Positions 56,637-64,000 of a DNA stretch of 64,000 nt are shown here, piece after piece; within the stretch, counting starts at the first letter, position 1, and every line of letters begins with the position of its first letter. The position numbers were made by a program, and so were the translations under genes. This DNA is from a virus. Where the stretch lies: the IMG/VR virus record IMGVR_UViG_3300011269_000001, one strand, 5' to 3'. The notes beneath the pieces were generated by a model. It was not told where the DNA came from. It saw only the letters and a program-made list of their open reading frames with translations, and did not search any database.

Positions 56637-58847
56637 ATGGCCAAAAAGACTTCCATAGAAGCGGACCTCTCACCGTTCGCTAAAAGCCTCATCGAGACTG
56701 TTGTCAGCAATCGGCCGACCAAGGTGGCTAAGTCTGTAAAAAAGGGCAGCGGCAACATCCAGATGATGATGAATTACCCTTCCTTTGACGATACCCTCAA
56801 CGTCCTGGAGGCAGCGGAATTTAAGAAGCTCGAAGAGGAACTGAATAAGAAAGTAGCAAGTTCCAGTCCTCTTGTGAAGTCGGTTCTTAACGTCCTCAAC
56901 GGACCAGGCAAGGTCAGCATTGAGCGGTTGGCCTTTGAGACAGACCCCAGCCAACACAACATTTACCAGAGTGTCTACCGGGTAAAGCTTCGGCTCCTGC
57001 CCGATGACATCCTGAAGCGAATCAGTATCCAAGACGACCTTGTGGCGTCTATTGCCAACGCCCGCTGCAACCAGGTAGCTGTCTTCGGACGTCCACAGCC
57101 AGACCGCTTCGGAACCGGATTCAAGATTGAAGCTGAGCCCGGGTATATGGAGAAGTTGGACAAGGAAGAGAAGAAAAAACTCCAGGAGAAGATTCGTAAG
57201 GCCGAATTGAGGCTCCTGAATTGCGGTAGCACCACCGGCTGGTCTGACAAAGAGGCCCTGACCTTCAATCAGTTTCTGTTCATCTCTGCCCGCAATGCGG
57301 TCATCTTCGGTCGGACGGCAACGGAAATCATTTTCAAGAAGACCATGGATGGTAATAGGGAATTCCATTCTTTCAGGCCCATCGACGCCGGTACTATCTA
57401 CCAAGCTTCGCCCCAAAGGGAAGCAGTGGAAAGCGTCCGCCAAGAAGCTCGAAAGCTGTTGGAGCAACTCAAGAACCGAAAACTGGAGCCGGAGAAGTTC
57501 GCGAATGACGAATACGCCTGGGTCCAAGTTGTTCACGGTCGTCCGGTGCAGGCTTTCACTCCTGATGAATGCTTAGTCCACAACTTCTATCCGGTCTCTG
57601 ACGTTGAACTTGACGGGTATCCGTTGACGCCAATCGACACGATGATTGCTGCGGTCACGACCCATATCAATATCACGAACCATAATAAGCTCTATTTCCA
57701 ATCCGGTCGCGCAGCCCGTGGCATGATTGTCATCAAGTCGGATGACGTCGACGAGGGAGTTATCTCCAAGATTCGGCAGCAGTTCAACGCCAGCATCAAC
57801 AGTGTTGCCAACGCATGGCGTATGCCCATCTTTGGCGTCGGCAGCGATGATGAGATTGGCTGGTATCCAATCGACAACAGTAGCCGCGACATGGAATTCC
57901 AGTATCTTTCTGATACGAATGCCCGGGTTATTCTCTCTGCGTTCCAGATGAGTCCTGAGGAACTCCCGGGCTACGCACACCTGAGTCGTGGTACCAACAA
58001 TCAGGCTCTCTCAGAAAGTAATAACGAATACAAGCTCGAAGCCCACCGTGACGTTGGCATCAGACCCCTAGTGGGCCAGTTCCAGAACTTTATTAACAGC
58101 CGAATCTTCCCGCTGATTGACGAGGAACTGGCGAAGATTTGTACCATCAAGTTCATTGGCCTCGACGTAGATACTGCCGAAAAGGAAGCCATTAGACTCC
58201 AGCAGGACATGGGCATTCACATGACCATGGACGATGTTCTGGAGCGCGTCGAGAAGAAGCCGCTTGGGAAGAAATTTGGCGGCAAGTTTATCCTCAATCC
58301 TCAATGGCAGGCTGTCCTTGACAAGTATGTGCCCGTGGGCGTCATCATGGAGGAATTTTTTGAAGTCCCAGGCGCCAGCAAAGACCCTCTCTATGCGTAT
58401 CTCCGGGACCCGTTCTATTTCACGCAGGTTCAGAATCTCATGCAGCAACAGCAGCTGCAACAGCAAGCCGAGCAGGCTAAGCAAGCCGCAGCTCAAGGTC
58501 AGCCACTGCCTGGACAAGAAGGCCCCCCTTCGGATAGTGGTGGTGATGGTGGACCGGCGAAGAGTCGTGAGCAGCATGGAGCAGACCGCGAGCAGGTCAA
58601 GGAACAGGGCGAACAAGGCGGCTCTGACCAATCTGCTGGTGACCAAGGTCAGGACCTGACTCGGTCCATCGACCAAATGATTGGACTCCTTAGCAAGAGC
58701 GAAAACCAATTGCCTCCTTCCAAACGACGCCTGATAGCTCAACAACGGAAGCTGGTGACCAGCGCCCTTGAAGCCTGGGAAAAAGATAGCCAGGACACGC
58801 TGAAGGAAATCACCGATATCGCGCTGAAACATCTGCCGAGGAAATAG
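56637..58847 (+). CDS. Portal protein
   Basis: FRPIDAGTI, GYPLTPI, YFQSG...GMIVI, NAWRMPI, RDMEF and AFQMSPEEL (HK97-family portal pattern). Confidence 0.88.
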   Translation: MAKKTSIEADLSPFAKSLIETVVSNRPTKVAKSVKKGSGNIQMMMNYPSFDDTLNVLEAAEFKKLEEELNKKVASSSPLVKSVLNVLNGPGKVSIERLAFETDPSQHNIYQSVYRVKLRLLPDDILKRISIQDDLVASIANARCNQVAVFGRPQPDRFGTGFKIEAEPGYMEKLDKEEKKKLQEKIRKAELRLLNCGSTTGWSDKEALTFNQFLFISARNAVIFGRTATEIIFKKTMDGNREFHSFRPIDAGTIYQASPQREAVESVRQEARKLLEQLKNRKLEPEKFANDEYAWVQVVHGRPVQAFTPDECLVHNFYPVSDVELDGYPLTPIDTMIAAVTTHINITNHNKLYFQSGRAARGMIVIKSDDVDEGVISKIRQQFNASINSVANAWRMPIFGVGSDDEIGWYPIDNSSRDMEFQYLSDTNARVILSAFQMSPEELPGYAHLSRGTNNQALSESNNEYKLEAHRDVGIRPLVGQFQNFINSRIFPLIDEELAKICTIKFIGLDVDTAEKEAIRLQQDMGIHMTMDDVLERVEKKPLGKKFGGKFILNPQWQAVLDKYVPVGVIMEEFFEVPGASKDPLYAYLRDPFYFTQVQNLMQQQQLQQQAEQAKQAAAQGQPLPGQEGPPSDSGGDGGPAKSREQHGADREQVKEQGEQGGSDQSAGDQGQDLTRSIDQMIGLLSKSENQLPPSKRRLIAQQRKLVTSALEAWEKDSQDTLKEITDIALKHLPRK

Positions 58848-58849
58848 CC

Positions 58850-59605
58850 ATGAAGGCTAGGCTTTCTCCCGGTGCGGTCAAAATCATAGAAGATGCTGTC
58901 GATGAAATCTTCAACCGGGCCAAGACCCGGCTTCTGGGTCGTTATGCCGGAGGCAAAACCTTGGCTGTTGGCTTCCTTCATGAACTTACCTTGCCTGGGG
59001 TCTTCGAAGCGGCTGCGGCCGAAGAAGGCGTGAAGCCAAGCGAAGATGTCCTGAATACAGTCCTGAAAATTGCCGGCAACTACCTGGATGCGAGCAAGCT
59101 CCGGGCCAAGGCCAAGATAGTCCACGGGGTCCAGTCGTTCATTACCGGGGCCGCGCATCAGGGTGTACCGGCGAACGTTGAGACGGTGCTCGGGGGCCAG
59201 CTATCAAAGCTCTGGGGCGAAGTCACGAACGATGTCAGCCGAATCATTCAGACTGAGACCACCCAGGCTCGAAACCTGAGCATCATGGATGGTATCGTGC
59301 GGGTAAATGCTGCCGCGGGAGTCGAAGACCCAAACGTATTTTTTGTCGTGGTCCGGGACATTTCTCTCTGCCCTGAGTGTCGGCGTCTTCACTTAAATGC
59401 TGGCGGTACTCCCCGAGTCTATAAACTTTCCGAAGTCGGCCACGGGTACCACAAGCCAGGGGAAGATGACCCGAAGGTCGGGGGATTGCATCCACTTTGT
59501 CGCTGCGTGCTTACGACTCTTATGCCTGGCTACGGGTTCAACAAGGATGGCATGGTCGAATACAAAGGCCCAGGCCATGATGAGTACGCCAAACAGAACA
59601 GCTAG
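58850..59605 (+). CDS. Head morphogenesis protein (SPP1 gp7/Mu F-like)
   Basis: RIIQTE, CPEC and LHPLCRC. Confidence 0.8.
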   Translation: MKARLSPGAVKIIEDAVDEIFNRAKTRLLGRYAGGKTLAVGFLHELTLPGVFEAAAAEEGVKPSEDVLNTVLKIAGNYLDASKLRAKAKIVHGVQSFITGAAHQGVPANVETVLGGQLSKLWGEVTNDVSRIIQTETTQARNLSIMDGIVRVNAAAGVEDPNVFFVVVRDISLCPECRRLHLNAGGTPRVYKLSEVGHGYHKPGEDDPKVGGLHPLCRCVLTTLMPGYGFNKDGMVEYKGPGHDEYAKQNS

Positions 59606-59781
59606 CTGATTATCTTAGTCTGAGTTCCCTTGTTAGAGTTGTATGCCACTAGATACCCGTTTCGTTTCTGGGGGTCCACGGTAACAACTCCCGACGTCGT
59701 GTAAATAACCACCGTGCCGTTTTCGACAACTACGCTTTTCACATTTGCCATGGCAAATTCTTTCAGAAAAAATTGGACCAT
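59602..59781 (-). CDS. 59-aa hypothetical protein (not in the ORF track)
   Basis: MVQFFLKEFAMANVKSVVVENGTVVIYTTSGVVTVDPQKRNGYLVAYNSNKGTQTKIIS*. Fills the gap after 59799. Confidence 0.5.
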   Translation of the reverse strand: MVQFFLKEFAMANVKSVVVENGTVVIYTTSGVVTVDPQKRNGYLVAYNSNKGTQTKIIS

Positions 59782-59798
59782 TGCCGCGAGCCAGCGGT

Positions 59799-60254
59799 TT
59801 AGATGGTAGCTTTCTGCATTTTGACGTGACTTTCGTCGTAGGTGACGTCGAGAACGTTCTCGCCGGCCCCATCGACGTTGATATCCGGAAGCTTCCTCGA
59901 CCAGGTAGAAACCCCTTCCTCTACAGAAATAGTCCCGTCAAGGAAGTCGCCGTTGACCACGACTCGGCTTTCGGCTGCATCGCGGAGGAATTTCGGCGCC
60001 AGCGCCACGGCGCCATCGCCATTGATTCGAAAGGCTCCGGCTGGTCGAACCATTTCCCGGCCATCGCTTCGGGTCTCAGTCACCCGGTAGACGCTGCCGG
60101 TTATGGCTCCGTCGTCGTGCTCACGGTTACTGGATTCCCAGAAATAGGCCTTACCTTTGACCGTGTAGGTATTTTGGCTCTTGGTGGAAATCAGACAAGC
60201 CGCGGTCCATTTCCGGAGGGTTTCCGCTGCGGCGCTAGAGTAGCTGGTGCCCAT
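59799..60254 (-). CDS. Hypothetical early protein
   Basis: 151 aa, AAGGAG RBS, own sigma70-type promoter. Confidence 0.65.
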   Translation of the reverse strand: MGTSYSSAAAETLRKWTAACLISTKSQNTYTVKGKAYFWESSNREHDDGAITGSVYRVTETRSDGREMVRPAGAFRINGDGAVALAPKFLRDAAESRVVVNGDFLDGTISVEEGVSTWSRKLPDINVDGAGENVLDVTYDESHVKMQKATI

Positions 60255-60296
60255 GTACGACTCCTTTAAGTCGAAAAATAAAAATCATCAATAAGT

Positions 60297-60325
60297 CTTC
60301 TACACCCGACTCCTGGAAAAGTCAA
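60297..60325 (-). promoter_or_regulatory. Host sigma70-type promoter TTGACT-N17-TAGAAG
   Basis: Exact 17-nt spacer, upstream of 60254. Confidence 0.5.
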
Positions 60326-60357
60326 GCTCTGTCCAACTTTTTGTTTCATTATAGCGA

Positions 60358-60364
60358 TAATCTT
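60358..60364 (+). promoter_or_regulatory. TAATCTT putative late-promoter box
   Basis: 28 nt before the ATG at 60393. Confidence 0.55.
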
Positions 60365-60392
60365 ACCTCTGCGGGAAGAAGGGGACCGGCGC

Positions 60393-60917
60393 ATGTCGCT
60401 ACTCACACTGCTCAACAGCAAATTTGACCCGGGACCACCGGCTCAATCCGGCATGCTTACTCTATCAGAGAAGCAGGCCCTTGACCAGTTTTTCACCAAC
60501 CTGCTGCCTTTGGCGCAATTCCGCAGAGACGCTATCTCCGACAGCATTTCTGCCCTTTTGGACAACGCGGTCCCGCCCTCGAACAACCTTCCTTCCATTC
60601 TCGGGGCTCCAGCCGCTGGTACTGCCTTCTCCAGCTCGCGCTCTGACCATTCACACGGTTGGGGAGTGCAAGCCGGTTCTGCGATTGCATCGGCTGCGAC
60701 CATTGCTCCCTTTGCCGGCGTTCATCACGTCACCGGGACAGCTGCTATCAACACCATCACCCCGCCCTATGCCGGTTTTACCGGTTCCATTCGCTTGATT
60801 CCAGATGGCCTTTGGACTCTGGCCACCGGCGGGAACATTGCCTTGGCTTCGACCGCGGTAGTCAGTCGAGCCCTAACGGTCACTTTCGACGGTACCTCCT
60901 GGTACCCGAGCTACTAA
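60393..60917 (+). CDS. Virion decoration/fibre-like protein
   Basis: C-terminal beta domain (VHHVTGTAAINTI...GGNIALAS...FDGTSWY). Late box upstream. Confidence 0.55.
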   Translation: MSLLTLLNSKFDPGPPAQSGMLTLSEKQALDQFFTNLLPLAQFRRDAISDSISALLDNAVPPSNNLPSILGAPAAGTAFSSSRSDHSHGWGVQAGSAIASAATIAPFAGVHHVTGTAAINTITPPYAGFTGSIRLIPDGLWTLATGGNIALASTAVVSRALTVTFDGTSWYPSY

Positions 60918-60922
60918 AGACA

Positions 60923-60929
60923 CAATCTT
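60923..60929 (+). promoter_or_regulatory. CAATCTT putative late-promoter box
   Basis: Followed by the GAGGAG RBS and the ATG at 60953. Confidence 0.65.
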
Positions 60930-60952
60930 AATTCCTTAGAGGAGAGAAACAA

Positions 60953-62782
60953 ATGGCAAACGATTTCGTCAAGGTCGCACCCGATAGTACCGGTAAAGCG
61001 GTCCAGACCTTTCTTAACACTGTCGGCGGCACCCCTGTTGAAGCTCAAGGTATTGCCCTTGTCGATTCCGGAAGCGGTAGTGCTATTGCTTCCTCGACAG
61101 CCGCATTGACGGGAACCGAAATGGGTCTCGCGGTCCGACTCATTCCTAGTACAACTTTGGCTCAGCTCGTGCAGCAAGGCGCTCCGAACGCGGTGGCGGC
61201 TAACGGCTGGCCGACAAAGTTGACGGACGCTACCGGCAACATTGCCAACGTCTTCCAATTCCACAACGCTGACAATCAGGCCCTCGGCGCTTCGTCTTTC
61301 GGTTTGAACACCGGTGGCGTGGCTCAGCTCCTGAACGCCGGTGGTCGTGTTGACCGTCAGCGTGAAACCGGGACTGATAATGCCCCGGCGGCTGGCATCG
61401 CCTCTGGGTCTCAGCAACTGGCTTCGCCGATTTCCATCACTTTGGCTCAGGTGGTAACCGGCAACGTGGCTTCTCAGACTGTCAACGTCTCAGCTATCAG
61501 CGGTACGAACCGTGGCGCTGCCTGGAATATCCAACCCGGGACTGTGCTCTTAGTGGAGCCGGGCCTGGCTGCAGCTGAGGCCGTGGTTGTTACCGCGGTC
61601 GCAACCGGCCCTGCCCGAGTGACCGGTATCTTCTTGAACAGTCACTTGAATAACGGTGCTGTGACCACAGCTGCGTATAATCAAGCTCGTGATGCCACGG
61701 CCCCGGATGGTTCTACCGGTCAAGGCTTTGCGGCCGGCGCAACATTCCTTTTCAATGGTACCTTGAATACCGGTGCCGGTGGATGGGAAAGCGAACGAAG
61801 CGCCGCCGGTGAACAAGATGGTGCAACCGGCGTCGGTACAGCGGTTGCCACAGAATACTTGTTCAATAGTGGCGGTCCTCTGTTGACTGGCGCTGTTACA
61901 CCCAGTCAGTTAGGGTATGACCGAGCCCGCAATCTTCAGGGCAAAGGTCGAGGAACCTCTACTCTGGCCCAGGCCGGTACTCTGGCCGTTGGTTCTACGT
62001 CCTTGAACCTGGCTGCGGTTGTTGGCTTGATGCCTGGTTCTCCGATTATCATCGAACAGGGCCTGGCAAACGAAGAAGTTGTCTACGTTGCTACTACGGC
62101 AACTCTGCCACTGACTGCGACGGCAGTTCCTCTTGCTTCTCCGACTGTCGCCACCCACGCTAACGGCGTCGCTGCAGCTTGGGATATTTATGTCAATAAA
62201 GGCCCGGGCATCGCCGGATTCCTGGCAACTGGTATCGCCATCGCAGAAGAGGCACTCTGGGACCCCGTGTCCAACCTCTTCTACCTGGAGCGTTCTGCGA
62301 CCCAGGATGCGGTCAGCGGCCAGAACGTTGTCATGGAGAACCCGGCTCTTTGGAACGGTGCAACGTTTGACCGTGGCCGTAGCGGTTCTGCTGCTACTCT
62401 TGCGGCTCAAAGCGCTACCGGTTCTGAACTGACTACGACTCCAGGTAACTGGACTGTTGTCAGTACCCCTGCGGCTAATACTCAGGCGTCTGCGATTAAG
62501 GCTGCTGGTGCTGCCGGTGTCCGGCACGTTTGCAACTCGATTTCAGCAAGCTTCGCCGCTGGCGCGACGGCTGGCGCCGCAATCTTGGTGAACCTCTTGG
62601 ACGGTGCTGCGATTGTGTGGAGTCAATACTTGACAGCTCCAGTGGGCGATGTTCGAGCCATCGACATCACTGGTTTGAATATCGTCGGTTCTGCGGCAAC
62701 GAGCATGACCCTTCAGTTTGCGGCAGCTGGTGGCTTGACTACCCTTGAGTCTGTGACCATCGGCGGATACGACTCCATCTAA
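60953..62782 (+). CDS. Virion fibre-like protein with internal repeats
   Basis: 609 aa, A/G/T-rich, with recurring aromatic-x-R-x-R-like motifs. Confidence 0.6.
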   Translation: MANDFVKVAPDSTGKAVQTFLNTVGGTPVEAQGIALVDSGSGSAIASSTAALTGTEMGLAVRLIPSTTLAQLVQQGAPNAVAANGWPTKLTDATGNIANVFQFHNADNQALGASSFGLNTGGVAQLLNAGGRVDRQRETGTDNAPAAGIASGSQQLASPISITLAQVVTGNVASQTVNVSAISGTNRGAAWNIQPGTVLLVEPGLAAAEAVVVTAVATGPARVTGIFLNSHLNNGAVTTAAYNQARDATAPDGSTGQGFAAGATFLFNGTLNTGAGGWESERSAAGEQDGATGVGTAVATEYLFNSGGPLLTGAVTPSQLGYDRARNLQGKGRGTSTLAQAGTLAVGSTSLNLAAVVGLMPGSPIIIEQGLANEEVVYVATTATLPLTATAVPLASPTVATHANGVAAAWDIYVNKGPGIAGFLATGIAIAEEALWDPVSNLFYLERSATQDAVSGQNVVMENPALWNGATFDRGRSGSAATLAAQSATGSELTTTPGNWTVVSTPAANTQASAIKAAGAAGVRHVCNSISASFAAGATAGAAILVNLLDGAAIVWSQYLTAPVGDVRAIDITGLNIVGSAATSMTLQFAAAGGLTTLESVTIGGYDSI

Positions 62783-62809
62783 TAATCCTGCTTCGCTAGA
62801 CTAGGACCT

Positions 62810-62848
62810 AAGAGCCCGACTTGCTTTCCGTCAGTCGGGCTCTTTGTC
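62810..62848 (+). terminator. Rho-independent terminator
   Basis: 12-bp perfect stem AAGAGCCCGACT/AGTCGGGCTCTT followed by a T-rich tail. Confidence 0.75.
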
Positions 62849-62858
62849 TATCTGGCAG

Positions 62859-62865
62859 CAATCTT
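62859..62865 (+). promoter_or_regulatory. CAATCTT putative late-promoter box
   Basis: Directly after a terminator, 28 nt before the ATG at 62894. Confidence 0.7.
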
Positions 62866-62893
62866 TCCTTAAGGAACCCAGGAGCTATCCAGT

Positions 62894-64000
62894 ATGGCGT
62901 CTACAGGAATGGTACTTGACGGCGTCCTCGCGTCCGAGGCCATTGACAGCTCCGGTGAAATCCTCGACATCAAAGGCGCAGACATTTCCGACCTTGTTGA
63001 GGGCAAAGGTATTCTCAACTGGGAACACAACGGAGACCAGGGCAGTCAGGACATTGTTGGGAAAATAATCTACGCCAAGAAAATATTTTCCGAGAAAGAC
63101 TGCGACAACGACCGGGAGCTTGAGTTCTATCATAAGGTCAGGTTGCCGTTGATTTACGGCATCGGGCGCCTCTTTGACGGTTCCGGTCATCCGAATGCAG
63201 TAGCTCTGGCCGCTCAGATTCGCGACTACCTGGCCAATGACGAGCCCATCATCGTCGGCTTTTCCATCGAGGGTTCAACGCTCGAATCCAAAGACAAGAG
63301 ACTGCTCAGGACCGTGTGTCGGAAGGCGGCTCTGACGGTCAAGCCCTGTAACAAATCCTGCGTTGTCGGCGTCGTGGAAGACCCCAACGCCCCGAAGGGC
63401 TTCAAACAGAAACCAGATGACAGCCTGAAGCTTAACGAGCACCCTAATTACACTCGACTCGGCGGCTCTGAGTTACAGTTCAATCCGGTTCTGGATGGTG
63501 ATGTCCTCCAGCGGGCATTGGCCAAAGTTGAATCCGTCCGGAAGGCTCTTGAAGCCGGGAACTATAACGTGGCTCCTTCGGCTATGACCGGCGGCGCTGC
63601 CCTTCAAGTCGAAGACCGAAGTCTGCACCTGGCTCATCTCCGCAATCAGGCCCGGGCAGCACTTAGGGACTGGGACCGGAAGACGCCGTTTCGTGAGGTC
63701 CTGAAGCACAAGCTCCCAGAGGCCAGTGACGATTTCATCGACCGATTCTCGAACCTCGTCGATAATTACACGATGAAGCTCAGGAAGGCTCAGGAATCTT
63801 TTTCCAAGTGCATGGAATGCTCAAAGCCGCCCAGATACGAGGCCCGGTGGGCTGAAGGCATGGCCAGGGTCTGGTTCTGCGAAGACCATTGGCCTCAGTG
63901 GGAAGAAAAGCACCAAGACGACATCGACTTTGTCCGGAAGCTGACTGACGCCCGGGTCGGAAGTAAGTATGGTGAGGCTCCTGGGGAAACTCTTCAGAAA
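62894..64000 (+). CDS. Prohead (capsid maturation) protease, 3' truncated by the window
   Basis: MASTGMVLDGVLASEAIDSSGEIL...LNWEH...IVGK...VGFSIEG...ALTVKPCN, HK97-type protease motifs. Open to the window end, so absent from the ORF track. Confidence 0.85.
   Translation, partial: MASTGMVLDGVLASEAIDSSGEILDIKGADISDLVEGKGILNWEHNGDQGSQDIVGKIIYAKKIFSEKDCDNDRELEFYHKVRLPLIYGIGRLFDGSGHPNAVALAAQIRDYLANDEPIIVGFSIEGSTLESKDKRLLRTVCRKAALTVKPCNKSCVVGVVEDPNAPKGFKQKPDDSLKLNEHPNYTRLGGSELQFNPVLDGDVLQRALAKVESVRKALEAGNYNVAPSAMTGGAALQVEDRSLHLAHLRNQARAALRDWDRKTPFREVLKHKLPEASDDFIDRFSNLVDNYTMKLRKAQESFSKCMECSKPPRYEARWAEGMARVWFCEDHWPQWEEKHQDDIDFVRKLTDARVGSKYGEAPGETLQK

Noticed and set aside
58440-58660. Poly-Gln/Gly-rich stretch in the portal as a repeat element
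   Set aside because: Ordinary low-complexity disordered tail within the CDS.
59608-59684. TTATCTT plus a short + strand ORF (MPLDTRFVSGGPR)
   Set aside because: The motif is a mismatch, and the region is better explained by the minus-strand 59-aa ORF.
1-64000. Stop-codon reassignment
   Set aside because: Conserved genes are full length in code 11, and TAA, TAG and TGA all terminate genes.
1-64000. tRNA genes, DGR/retron, integrase or att sites
   Set aside because: No cloverleaf or T-loop context in the few intergenic gaps, no reverse transcriptase, and no integrase motifs seen.

Overview
The window is an internal 64-kb segment of a large, apparently lytic tailed dsDNA phage of myovirus type. 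It is read in the standard genetic code and probably infects a Gram-negative host. I found no integrase, tRNA, CRISPR array or reverse transcriptase. Layout: (i) 1-14072 (+): baseplate and tail genes (baseplate J-like, beta-helix tailspike, Kelch-propeller wedge protein, Gly-rich fibre) and a GH19 endolysin. (ii) 14075-47097 (-): a long early/middle arm with accessory genes (Def, Dda/RecD helicase, IMPDH/GMPR, CYTH, PLP aminotransferase, ClpP), a replication/recombination set (DnaB-like helicase, primase, RecA/UvsX, UvsY-like, SSB, DnaE), class II RNR, Endo VII, SbcC and GroEL. (iii) A divergence point at about 47100-47400 with clustered TGAAGCCTCA repeats (candidate origin or operator). (iv) 47410-64000 (+): SF2 helicase, sigma factor, GroES-like, SbcD, terminase, portal, head morphogenesis, virion proteins and a truncated prohead protease. 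The best candidate for an undescribed system is a split late-transcription apparatus. It comprises a sigma70-family protein that ends before the region-4.2 HTH, a separate 76-aa stand-alone sigma-region-4-like protein with an acidic recognition helix, and a single-box (C/T)AATCTT motif 14-33 nt upstream of virion and late genes. Early-arm genes instead carry host-type TGnTAnnnT promoters. All family assignments come from motif recognition by eye; no database searches were run.
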